Shown here in pieces: positions 55,274 through 64,000 of a stretch of DNA of 64,000 nucleotides; the first letter of the stretch is position 1; every line of letters begins with the position of its first letter. The stretch covers positions 5,077 through 69,076 of the forward strand of contig CAZMFR010000004.1 in assembly GCA_964565685.1 (NCBI GenBank). Direction: 5' to 3'. The notes under the pieces were generated by a model that was not told the origin of the DNA, ran no database searches, and saw nothing but the letters and a program-made list of their open reading frames with translations. The stretch comes from an uncultured Candidatus Saccharibacteria bacterium. GTDB taxonomy: Bacteria; Patescibacteriota; Minisyncoccia; Phycocordibacterales; PALSA-1337. The position numbers were made by a program, and so were the translations under genes.

Positions 55274-57322
55274 TTAAAAGATCGAACTGCCGGCGGGATT
55301 GGCGTACAACTGGCATTGTTGTATGTAATTGCTGGCGTCGCTGGTTATGGTGCTGGCGGTGCCTTGGTCGTTGCTGTTATCCGTTTTTGCGCTCTGAATA
55401 TCGATAAGCGATGGGACAGCTTGATCATAAGCAGGTGTCGCTGAATCATAGGTGCCAACCATGGTCTCATACTGTTGAGTCAAGGAAGCGATGCTAGCTG
55501 TTGATGTTGCTGTGTTTACTTGTTCGCCCAAGGAAACTAGATTGTTCAAGTTGCCGGTGATATTGTCGTAATCGCTCTGTAATTGCGTTACCCAAGCCGT
55601 TGTAGAAGCTATTTCGATGCTGACCTGCGATACGACGTTAGTATCTCTATCGGATTGACAAGTGGAAGAAGCACTGTTTAGAGATGCTAGCGCATTTTCT
55701 CCTATAGCCACAGAGGAGCTGGCGTAAGATTGTATGCTCGTGGCGTTGGTTATGTATTGTGAAAGGTTCGAGGAAAGACTGCCTCCGAGCGTTGCGCTAG
55801 CTGCAGAAGAACTGGCCGCTTCCGATTCCAGCTGAGATAGATATGAAGGCTGACCATTTGATGATTGGCTGACACCAGAAAGTCCGCTCGAGCTGAGTAC
55901 TTGGCTGACTAATTTTGACGCCAAGGCGCCTATTATTTCATCAAGCATGCTGGATTGGACCAGAGAATCCTGACCGCTTCCCAACGCTTTGTTCAAGCTG
56001 GAGGAAATGACCGATCCAGGTGTTACGGTTTGGCAATCTTCCCCTGTGTCTGCACCAGCAGGAGCGTCGGGAATGTTTTCATCATCCGATTCATAGCTGG
56101 AATCATCAGAATAATCGGTGTTGTCTTGATTCGTACTCGAATCATAGCCACAATTCCCTTCCGAATCGCAATCAGAATTTGAGCTGTCATCCGAAGATGC
56201 GTTGTCGTATGAACTACCCTCGTATACATCGTCGCTACTGTTTTGGTCGGTGGAATTGTCGCTGGAAACCGTACTGTCTGTAGTATTGCTATTCGAATCG
56301 GTGCAATTCCCTTCCGAATCGCAACTAGTATTGCTCTGGTTGTCGGATGAATTTTGGTCGCTTGAGTTGTCGTCGCTCTCATCGTAGGAACTAGTATCAT
56401 CTGTACCGTCATCACCTTGATCTATGGAACTTGTATTACCTGTATCGCTCTCTTCATACGAGGAATTATCATCCGTGCTGTAATCTGCGTCAGAATTATC
56501 GTAACTAGAATCATCACCCTCGTCATATGAGTCGTCCTCATCCGATCCTTGTGTCGCAGTGCTCGGGGTGCACTGTTGGAACGACAGGAAACCGCTATTT
56601 TGGTTTAGCAGGTTCTGATTTGTTTCTTGTTGGTTTCCTGTTTTTGCATCCAAATCAAGACTTGCGTTTATGTATGCTCCGTATAGATTGTTTTGTGGCT
56701 CGGTTCCTAATGCTAAAAACGATGCCCATCCTCCTTGGCTGAAATCACCCGCTTCGAATCCATTTATCGTTGCTCCCTTGACATTTTTTATGATCGAAGA
56801 AAGCGTGCAACTATAAGGATTGCTACTTCCACTTCCACTACTTCCACTTGAACCAGCTTGATTGAGGGCAAGAGCAAGACGCACATTCAAAGCAATAGGA
56901 GAACACAACGCCGCCAGCGGACTTCCTGATCCGGCAATGAAATTACCAGCCACATTATCACCGATTTTTTGGAAGAATTGTTCGGGATTCTGGACGAATG
57001 ATGGACTGCCTTTGAACCCAGAATTGATCCAGCTGACCGTGCTGTCTGTGATGCTTTGAAGTATCCCCTTGGACATCGCCCAAGCGAGCGGGTCGAGAAC
57101 ATAATCCTTTATCCATATAGAATCGTCGGCATAGCTTGAAATGGCGTTAAATGCGGTGCCCAATGTGTCTTCTATAGAGTTCAATAAGCCGCTGGCTTCA
57201 CCTGCTATATCTTCGACCACCATAGCGTGTGCTGTTTTTGCTTGTATGATTGAACCGAAAGAGATAAGCACTGTCAAGGCGATGGCTATGATTTTTTGGT
57301 TTAATTTAAAATAATGTTTCAT
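55274..57322 (-). CDS. secreted Ser/Asp/Asn-rich low-complexity protein with repeated CDSEGNC motif
   Basis: signal peptide; central region of S/D/N/T repeats; two CDSEGNC copies encoded by a 22-bp DNA repeat. Confidence 0.55.
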   Translation of the reverse strand: MKHYFKLNQKIIAIALTVLISFGSIIQAKTAHAMVVEDIAGEASGLLNSIEDTLGTAFNAISSYADDSIWIKDYVLDPLAWAMSKGILQSITDSTVSWINSGFKGSPSFVQNPEQFFQKIGDNVAGNFIAGSGSPLAALCSPIALNVRLALALNQAGSSGSSGSGSSNPYSCTLSSIIKNVKGATINGFEAGDFSQGGWASFLALGTEPQNNLYGAYINASLDLDAKTGNQQETNQNLLNQNSGFLSFQQCTPSTATQGSDEDDSYDEGDDSSYDNSDADYSTDDNSSYEESDTGNTSSIDQGDDGTDDTSSYDESDDNSSDQNSSDNQSNTSCDSEGNCTDSNSNTTDSTVSSDNSTDQNSSDDVYEGSSYDNASSDDSSNSDCDSEGNCGYDSSTNQDNTDYSDDSSYESDDENIPDAPAGADTGEDCQTVTPGSVISSSLNKALGSGQDSLVQSSMLDEIIGALASKLVSQVLSSSGLSGVSQSSNGQPSYLSQLESEAASSSAASATLGGSLSSNLSQYITNATSIQSYASSSVAIGENALASLNSASSTCQSDRDTNVVSQVSIEIASTTAWVTQLQSDYDNITGNLNNLVSLGEQVNTATSTASIASLTQQYETMVGTYDSATPAYDQAVPSLIDIQSAKTDNSNDQGTASTITSDASNYIQQCQLYANPAGSSIF

Positions 57323-57331
57323 TGTAATTTT

Positions 57332-58219
57332 TTATTGGAGCATCTGTTCGATCGCGGTCGAGCTCGTCGTTCCAGTGTTGAGATCAGCTTTGAGAGTGGC
57401 AAAATATTGTTTTATCGCTCCAAATGCATTTGAAAGATCTTGCAGAGCATTCAAGTATTGTCCAGCACCCTCCAAGCTGGCTGCGGGATCGGTATCGGTC
57501 ATCCTCAGGAGCTCTGCCACCGATAACCGTTCGCTCATGGCATTGATCAGATCCAAATGCATGCTAGCAATGGAAGGCGGAACAGTCATAGCGATGAGAC
57601 CGTTCAAAATGTTCTTATATGATGCGATGATCGGGTCTATCTTTTTCAGGATCGATGGGTCGTTCTGTTCTGCGCTATCTCTTGCATAAGTGGCCTCGTT
57701 CCCCACAGCATCATTATTTTTAAACAAGGCGCCAAGGATTTGGCCGTATATCAAATCTGCATTGATGCTGTCGTCCTTGCCGATTTTAATGTCGGAGAAA
57801 GCATATACTTTTGCTTGCGGCACTATGTTCGGGTTGCTCAGGACATTGGACACCATTGAATCTATGGTATCGGTGCTCTCGTCACCCCCGGACTGTTGCA
57901 ATTGCAGATAATCAGAGACGAGAACCTCGCCCAGTTTTGCCGTCGTCGTCAGCGGCGCAGAATTCATAGATGTCGTTCCTGAACCCAAAGAGCCATTATT
58001 CCCAAGATTGCTTATACCGGCTCCGACAAGGACTTTTTGCCAGTCACTGTCTGCTAATATAGGGTTTTGTGTGTTTTCGGACGAGACGGATATTTTATTG
58101 GTCGAATAAGCAACACTCGACGGCAACACACTCCAATATTGGTCGACACAGAAAACTCCTCCTATTACGGCGACTGCCGCTATGATCATCCACATTGTTT
58201 TTTTGCTAGGGTGGTTCAC
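57332..58219 (-). CDS. membrane-anchored hypothetical protein, first gene of the T4SS-like operon
   Basis: N-terminal transmembrane segment; 295 aa. Confidence 0.45.
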   Translation of the reverse strand: MNHPSKKTMWMIIAAVAVIGGVFCVDQYWSVLPSSVAYSTNKISVSSENTQNPILADSDWQKVLVGAGISNLGNNGSLGSGTTSMNSAPLTTTAKLGEVLVSDYLQLQQSGGDESTDTIDSMVSNVLSNPNIVPQAKVYAFSDIKIGKDDSINADLIYGQILGALFKNNDAVGNEATYARDSAEQNDPSILKKIDPIIASYKNILNGLIAMTVPPSIASMHLDLINAMSERLSVAELLRMTDTDPAASLEGAGQYLNALQDLSNAFGAIKQYFATLKADLNTGTTSSTAIEQMLQ

Positions 58220-58347
58220 GAGGGTTTCATATAAATTTCGCTGGGAGTCAGCAGTTCTCTAAAAATAATTCACGAACACCAAGTCAATTGTAGCAAAGAT
58301 ATATGGCTATTTGGCTAGACCCATGTGGAAAAGGTTTCGGGTGCTTT

Positions 58348-59304
58348 TTACGATCTTGTCTCTTTGACAATATCTATCCACTGTTCCAGAGTAAATGTTT
58401 CTGCTCTAGCGTTTATCGGCCAATTTTTACTTGTCCACAGCTTTTCCAGAGTTTGTGCAGGTATGACTTTTGCTAAATTACCCCTTAATACCTTGCGTTT
58501 ATGGGCAAAACCGGCACGGACTATGTCAAAAAAGCGCTTTTCATCTATTTTGTTGTTTTTACATAGGTTGGAATGTCGCAATTCACCTTGCTCGGCACTG
58601 AACTCATTCTTTCTACAAACTACCCCGTGCTTTTCCAAGCCAAGCTCTCGCATCGAATGCTCGCCGCGTAGCTTTCCAAGAGAAGTATCCAATGACTCGC
58701 CTTGATTACTTGTAAAAGTTTTCTTGCCCATATTATCTATCAGAATGATAGCCGAATCGACGCTTGGCATCGGTCTAAAGAATCTTTTTGGCACAGTATC
58801 GATATATTTTGGCTCGCCATACGCCTTCACTGATATAGAGAGGATGCTTTCTTTGCCGTTGGTCGCAACAATTCTTTTTGCTACCTCTTTTTGGACGAGG
58901 AGAACCATTCGTGAAGGGTAGGCCTCCGCAGTAAGAAATTTTCTCAAAATTTCACCGGTTATGTAATAAGGGATATTAGCCACAATTACATATTTCTTTT
59001 TTTTAAGGTCCAGGTCTTGAGGTTTTATTTTCAATGTGTCGTCCTGGACAAGTTTCAATTTTCCTGAGTCGATTTCTGCCGCGAAATTTTCTTTCATATA
59101 ATCGATCGATCTTTCGTCTTTTTCTACCGCAATGACGTTTGCCCCAGCATTCAAAAGTCCCCGAGTCAAAATACCCTTGCCCGGTCCGATTTCGAGCACA
59201 GTCATATTCGGTTCGATCCTTGCCGCATGAATCATCGCACCGACCACATTCGGCGCATGTAAAAAATGTTGCCCAAGAGATTTTTTTGCGATAAAAGAGG
59301 TCAT
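58348..59304 (-). CDS. rsmA: 16S rRNA (adenine1518/1519-N6)-dimethyltransferase RsmA/KsgA with an internal insertion of about 50 aa
   Basis: SLGQHFL and VLEIGPGKGILT SAM motifs, NIPY. Confidence 0.8.
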   Translation of the reverse strand: MTSFIAKKSLGQHFLHAPNVVGAMIHAARIEPNMTVLEIGPGKGILTRGLLNAGANVIAVEKDERSIDYMKENFAAEIDSGKLKLVQDDTLKIKPQDLDLKKKKYVIVANIPYYITGEILRKFLTAEAYPSRMVLLVQKEVAKRIVATNGKESILSISVKAYGEPKYIDTVPKRFFRPMPSVDSAIILIDNMGKKTFTSNQGESLDTSLGKLRGEHSMRELGLEKHGVVCRKNEFSAEQGELRHSNLCKNNKIDEKRFFDIVRAGFAHKRKVLRGNLAKVIPAQTLEKLWTSKNWPINARAETFTLEQWIDIVKETRS

Positions 59305-59346
59305 TGGCTTAAGTATAACAAGTTCTAGACACCGGGTAATTGTATG

Positions 59347-61302
59347 TTAAAAATCCATGAATATCATCTTTGCGAGATTCGGTCGATCCTGTTCGACCTC
59401 GGTCTCTTCTTCGATCAATTCATCGCCGATGTCAGCGATGAACTCAGACGGAGAATTTATTCTCTGAGAGCCATAGACTGTGCGCATCTGCGCCCAGCTC
59501 AAAAAGACTTTTTTGCGCGCTCGAGTCAATGCAACATAAAAAAGCCGTCGTTCCTCCTCTTCTTCTCCTTGACTCAGTTCTTCCCTGCCCATTCGTTCGT
59601 GCGGAAACAGATCTTGCTCTAACCCAGCGATGAAAACATAATCGAACTCGAGGCCTTTTGACGCATGAACCGTCATCAATCTGACCGCGTCTTTGTCTTC
59701 TTTTAGCTCGTCTTGGTCTGTGGCCAGGGCGGCGTTCGAGAGGAGGGATTCTACCGCTTCACCAATTGGTAGATTATCATAGGTTCGCGCCACGCTGGCC
59801 AACTCCCTCATGTTTTCGAGCTTTTCCTCTTCATCCGCGTTCTTTCTCGACGCAGACTCTATGCCGGTTCTTCCCAGAACGAATTTGATCAGCTCCGACG
59901 GTTTTTTTGATAGAGCGACGTCTCTGATCTCATCCAACATTTTTTGAAAGTCATCTATCTTTGTCTGCATCGCTCTGGTCAAACCGGATTCATCGTGCGC
60001 CAAGACCTTCATCATGGTTGCTTTTCCTATCCCGCGCGGTGGAACGTTTATGATGCGCACCAAATCTGCGGCACCGTCACGGTTTAGAGAAGCTCTGATG
60101 AATGACAATACGTCTTTGACTTCTTTTCTTTCAAAAAACCGCACGCCGAGCACCTGATACGGCACCTCTTTTCTCAAAAAAGACTCTTCCAAAATACGCG
60201 ACTGGAAGTTTGCTCGATAAAGCACGGCGATTTCTTTCGGCTGCGCGCCTTTTTTTATCAAATCTCTACAGGTTTCCGCGATATCTCTCGCCTCATCGGT
60301 TTCCGTGTAATCAGCCGTCAGTTTTATTTTTTCTCCGGCGGCATTCTGTGTGAAAAGATTTTTTTCGCGGCGCATGGCATTCTTCTTTATGACATTATTG
60401 GCCGCCGCCAAGATGTTTTTCGTTGAACGGTAATTTTCCTCTAGGATGACGATCTTTGCATCCGGATAATCCTTTTCAAAATTCAGGATGTTCTCGATGG
60501 TCGCTCCCCTCCAGCTGTAGATATTTTGATCTATGTCGCCGACAACACATAGGTTTTTGTCTTGTCCGACCAGAAGCCGGACAATCTCATATTGCACGCC
60601 GTTCGTATCCTGATATTCATCGACGTGTATGTGCGTCCAAATTTTTGCATAATGCTCTCGTACAGCCGTGTTGTCTCTCAGGATATTCATTGTTTTAAGT
60701 AGAAGATCGTCGAAATCAAGCGCTTTTTCTCTCATCAAGACCGATTCGTATCTTTCCCAAACGCTAAAAACTATTTTGGAACGATAGTCGTTCCCTGCGC
60801 TGTTTCTATATTCCTGTGCCGACTTGCCATCGCCTTTTGCTCTGGATATCGCAGACAGGATGTTCGCTGGATCATTTCTTTCTTTGTCTAGTCCTAGTTG
60901 TTCCAGAGCATCCTTGATCGCTTTTTTTGAGTCGGCTCTGTCAAAAATAGTGAAATGCCTGTTCAAGCCGATCAACTGCGCATTTTCGCGGATTATGTGC
61001 ACGCCGAGCGCATGAAACGTGCTGACAAACGGCCGTTCTCGCATTGAAATAGGCAAATTCAGGTCTTTATCTGTTTCGAGCATGCTGTTCACACGGTCTC
61101 GCATCTCTTTTGCCGCTTTATTTGTAAAAGTAATTGCTAGGATGCTGTGCGGGTTAGTGCCGCTTTTGATCAGATTGAGGATACGATGAACGATAGTCTT
61201 TGTTTTTCCGGCCCCAGCCCCAGCCAAAATAAGAAGCGGGCCATCGAGGTTTTCCGCCGCTTCTTTTTGTTTAGCGTTAAGTTCTATAATTGATCTGTCC
61301 AT
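59347..61302 (-). CDS. pcrA: UvrD/PcrA/Rep-family ATP-dependent DNA helicase
   Basis: motif I GAGAGKT, motif II DEYQD, and later SF1 helicase motifs. Confidence 0.9.
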   Translation of the reverse strand: MDRSIIELNAKQKEAAENLDGPLLILAGAGAGKTKTIVHRILNLIKSGTNPHSILAITFTNKAAKEMRDRVNSMLETDKDLNLPISMRERPFVSTFHALGVHIIRENAQLIGLNRHFTIFDRADSKKAIKDALEQLGLDKERNDPANILSAISRAKGDGKSAQEYRNSAGNDYRSKIVFSVWERYESVLMREKALDFDDLLLKTMNILRDNTAVREHYAKIWTHIHVDEYQDTNGVQYEIVRLLVGQDKNLCVVGDIDQNIYSWRGATIENILNFEKDYPDAKIVILEENYRSTKNILAAANNVIKKNAMRREKNLFTQNAAGEKIKLTADYTETDEARDIAETCRDLIKKGAQPKEIAVLYRANFQSRILEESFLRKEVPYQVLGVRFFERKEVKDVLSFIRASLNRDGAADLVRIINVPPRGIGKATMMKVLAHDESGLTRAMQTKIDDFQKMLDEIRDVALSKKPSELIKFVLGRTGIESASRKNADEEEKLENMRELASVARTYDNLPIGEAVESLLSNAALATDQDELKEDKDAVRLMTVHASKGLEFDYVFIAGLEQDLFPHERMGREELSQGEEEEERRLFYVALTRARKKVFLSWAQMRTVYGSQRINSPSEFIADIGDELIEEETEVEQDRPNLAKMIFMDF

Positions 61303-61599
61303 TAAGATGAATTAGGTAATAATAGCAGAAAATAAGCTTTAAAAAGAAAAATATATGGATAAGTATCAGATATGAATGCGTATGCTTCATGCTCATACCA
61401 TCTAATAATGCTTATTTTGGTCATAAAAACACCGCTATTTTTATCAACAAGTTCTGCACAAAGTCAAATTGACCCAAGGCACGAATTTTGCTAATATTGC
61501 CCAAGTGCCTATCTGGGCATAATTCTCTGCAAAGCCGTCAAATCCATACCGCCGACCTGCCTGTCCATCACGATTGAATGCCTGTCCGACCCATCTGTT

Positions 61600-62736
61600 A
61601 TGAATCTAACCCCCTTATATAAAAATCCACAGCATTCCGCATTTTTCCTATATACCAAGGAAATGATTATTAGTTTTGTTGTGATCTTCTTGCCTATGAT
61701 TTTCCCAGAAGTCGTGCACGCCAACTTCTTTTCTTTTATAGATTCTTTTGTCGGTCAAACAGCATCTGCCGACGAAGCATCCTCGACCAGCTCTACATAT
61801 AATTCGGTAACCAACCCGTTTATTCTAGAGGCGGCCAATAGTTTCAATCCAATTTCCACTTCTAGCGACGAGGTTCTGGCTGTAGCTGATGAGACGTTGA
61901 TGCCGTCTGTCGGTCCGGCTGGCAGCATTGCCGATATTGACAGCCAGCCGGCAGATATTTCTCCGAGCTTTTATGTAGTACAGCCGAAAGACACGATTTC
62001 TCTTGTCGCCGAAATGTTCGGAGTGTCTGTAGATACGATCAAATCGGCTAACAATTTCACATCATCTTCGATTTCTCCGGGACAGGTCCTCGTCATTCCT
62101 CCAATTTCCGGATTAACCTATACGATAAAGAAAGGCGACACGATAGGAACTATTGTGGCGAAATACAAAGCTGATCTGGGAGACGTTCTTGAATACAACG
62201 ATATGCCGTCAGCAGAGACATCGTTGGCTATAGGCGACACTATTTTTGTTCCTAACGTTAATGTTAGCGTCAGCAATATCCCTAGCAATATAATTCCACA
62301 CCAAAAATTGCCGCACGATGGAGCATCGCCTCTCATTCCTGGCTATGGCGGTCCTGTGGCTCCTGGTCCATATGCTGGCGGGTATTACGCGTGTCCTGTA
62401 CATGGTTCGTGGCTTTCGCAAGGCCTTCATGGCCACAATGCTGTCGACTTGGCTATAGGCATCGGCAATCCTATTTATGCTGCGGCTGACGGTACTGTCA
62501 TTATCGCAAGATCTGGCGGTTGGGATGGCGGTTATGGTAATTATATCGTCATCGCCCACTCGAATGGCACGGAAACTCTCTACGCTCACGCCAAAAAGCT
62601 ATTTGTAAAAGCGGGCGATGTTGTTACTCAGGGTGAAAAAATTGCAGAAGTCGGCGTCACTGGTGAAACTACTGGTCCACATCTACATTTTGAAGTCCGT
62701 GGTGCCGCTAACCCGTTTCTGACTGTGAAGTGTTAA
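61600..62736 (+). CDS. LysM-domain plus M23-family metallopeptidase (cell-wall hydrolase)
   Basis: two LysM-like segments; M23 motifs HGHNAVDL and HLHFE. Confidence 0.8.
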   Translation: MNLTPLYKNPQHSAFFLYTKEMIISFVVIFLPMIFPEVVHANFFSFIDSFVGQTASADEASSTSSTYNSVTNPFILEAANSFNPISTSSDEVLAVADETLMPSVGPAGSIADIDSQPADISPSFYVVQPKDTISLVAEMFGVSVDTIKSANNFTSSSISPGQVLVIPPISGLTYTIKKGDTIGTIVAKYKADLGDVLEYNDMPSAETSLAIGDTIFVPNVNVSVSNIPSNIIPHQKLPHDGASPLIPGYGGPVAPGPYAGGYYACPVHGSWLSQGLHGHNAVDLAIGIGNPIYAAADGTVIIARSGGWDGGYGNYIVIAHSNGTETLYAHAKKLFVKAGDVVTQGEKIAEVGVTGETTGPHLHFEVRGAANPFLTVKC

Positions 62737-64000
62737 GTCAATTTTTGCCTATATTGAAGCGCTTCCAAAATGTGCGATTTATCGACCTCGGCTTTTCTGT
62801 CCAAATCTGCGATCGTTCTAGAGATTTTAAGTATGCGATGATAACCGCGGCCAGAAAGACCGAGGCGTTCAGCGGTTGATGAGAGAAACAAGGACAATGT
62901 CGGAGAAAGCGAAATGATTTTTCCCATTTCCGTGACGCCGAGCTCGCTGTTGCATTTCGGCTTTATCCCAAATATTTTACATCGTTCGTATTGTATGTTT
63001 CTGGCTTCCTCTATGCGCATGCTTATTGTCTCTGACGACTCATTTTTTTCTTCAATCGCGCCGAATTTTTCATATTCGATCTTTGACACTGCAACCCAGA
63101 CGTCTATGCGATCAATGAGCGGACCTGAGATTTTTCGCAGATATTGCTGTTTGACACCCGGACTGCAAGTACAACGATCGTCGCCGTATCCGCATGGGCA
63201 AGGATTCATGGCGGCGATCAGAATACAGCTAGCAGGAAAAGTGACAGATCCGCGCACGCGAGATACAGTGATCTTCTTTTCTTCCAATGGCTCGCGCAAT
63301 GCATCAATGACACTAGAGTTAAATTCTGGAAACTCATCTAGAAATAGCACCCCGCGATGAGCCAAAGTGATTTCTCCTGGCTGTGGCAAAGCCCCGCCTC
63401 CTATGAGTGACGCATATGAAGCAGTATGATGTGGCGCTCGAAACGGTGGCTCGGTTATTATATCTTTACCGAGAGTCCTCGCTATAGAATGGATAGCTGT
63501 GACCTCAATGATCTCGTCTTCGGTGAGAGGTGGCAAAATGCCACGAAATGCTTTTGCCAACATGGTTTTGCCTGTGCCTGGAGGACCATATAGGGCGATA
63601 TTGTGTCCTCCAGCTGCTGCAATCTCCAAACCGCGCTTTGCAGATTCCTGACCGCATATTAGGGACATGTTCATCTCTATTTTTGGTCTGCTTTTGTTGA
63701 TTTCTGTTTTTGCAATAGGAGTCAAACCACAGCCCCTATGCTCTTCTAAGTGGCCGATGATTTCTTCGAGCCGAGAAACAGGATAGATGCGCGCGTTTCT
63801 GACCAATCCTGCCTCGATTGCGTTCTCACTGGGGATAAATATTTCAGAAAAGCCCAAACCAGCAGCTGTCTTGACGATCGGCAAGACGCCGTGGACTCTT
63901 CGAACCGACCCATCCAACGCCAGTTCGCCTAGGAATAATTTCTTTTCTGGATCAAAATCAATATCCCCGCAAGCCAATAGATAGGCCAATGCCATTCCGA
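62733..64000 (-). CDS. YifB/ComM-family Mg-chelatase-like AAA+ protein; N-terminus lies beyond the window edge
   Basis: Walker A GPPGTGKTM, plus sensor and arginine-finger regions; the ORF runs off the window. Confidence 0.8.
   Translation of the reverse strand, partial: GMALAYLLACGDIDFDPEKKLFLGELALDGSVRRVHGVLPIVKTAAGLGFSEIFIPSENAIEAGLVRNARIYPVSRLEEIIGHLEEHRGCGLTPIAKTEINKSRPKIEMNMSLICGQESAKRGLEIAAAGGHNIALYGPPGTGKTMLAKAFRGILPPLTEDEIIEVTAIHSIARTLGKDIITEPPFRAPHHTASYASLIGGGALPQPGEITLAHRGVLFLDEFPEFNSSVIDALREPLEEKKITVSRVRGSVTFPASCILIAAMNPCPCGYGDDRCTCSPGVKQQYLRKISGPLIDRIDVWVAVSKIEYEKFGAIEEKNESSETISMRIEEARNIQYERCKIFGIKPKCNSELGVTEMGKIISLSPTLSLFLSSTAERLGLSGRGYHRILKISRTIADLDRKAEVDKSHILEALQYRQKLT

Noticed and set aside
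1-64000. Alternative genetic code (UGA=Gly, as in some CPR lineages)
   Set aside because: Long housekeeping ORFs (polA, dnaA, pcrA, the PBP) are intact with standard stops, and UGA is used as a stop (dnaN, ruvC). The standard code applies.
1-64000. CRISPR arrays, rRNA genes, diversity-generating retroelements and reverse transcriptases
   Set aside because: No regularly spaced short repeats. No YxDD reverse-transcriptase ORF. No rRNA-like conserved blocks were seen.

Overview
This window reads as the chromosomal replication-origin region of a small, gene-dense, reduced bacterial genome. Standard genetic code is in use, Shine-Dalgarno sequences are mostly absent, and the gene content resembles an episymbiotic Patescibacteria/CPR-like organism; that placement is inference from content only, since no database search was possible.

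Core content:
- The origin is at about 44.3 kb. dnaA and dnaN run leftward from it and rpmH-rnpA-yidC run rightward, with DnaA-box clusters in both flanking intergenic regions. rpmH is 44 codons and is missing from the supplied ORF track.
- Eight tRNAs: His-GTG, Leu-GAG, Val-TAC, Arg-TCT, Ser-TGA, Arg-GCG and Lys-TTT, plus the His-adjacent set listed in the features.
- Housekeeping genes: rplS, rpsT, polA, pcrA/uvrD-like helicase, tyrS, murE, a class A PBP, a RluA-family pseudouridine synthase, mutM, tsaE, rsmA/ksgA, trmH-like, yebC-like, holA-like, a ComM/YifB fragment at the window edge, and ruvA, ruvB, ruvC and ruvX at four separate sites.
- Type IV pilus parts: pilM-pilN-pilO, a pilB/gspE ATPase, and a GspG-like pseudopilin domain on a non-canonical membrane anchor.

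Accessory and unusual content:
1. An 11-gene, tightly packed minus-strand type IV secretion-like locus (45.7-58.2 kb) abuts yidC/oriC. It has a VirB4 ATPase, a PrgI/VirB3-like protein, a VirB6-like polytopic protein, a VirB2-like pilin candidate and secreted low-complexity proteins, but no relaxase, coupling protein or VirB11.
2. A decayed integrative element sits at tRNA-Arg(TCT), with frameshifted large-serine-recombinase and phosphoesterase fragments.
3. A 2.6-kb islet bounded by tRNA-Ser and tRNA-Arg(GCG) carries 37-bp direct repeats flanking a hypothetical gene.
4. Perfect 86-bp direct repeats (about 95 bp with degenerate ends) bracket a small ORF next to a winged-helix regulator.
5. An AT-rich palindrome family (ACAATGTA-N2-TACATTGT, or ATGTTTACA-N12-TGTAAACAT) recurs at five or more intergenic sites.
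6. Two 15-bp perfect palindromes sit in tandem in the tsaE/pilB divergent promoter.
7. TGnTATAAT boxes lie 6-8 nt upstream of several start codons, suggesting leaderless mRNAs.

No CRISPR array, rRNA gene or reverse transcriptase was seen.
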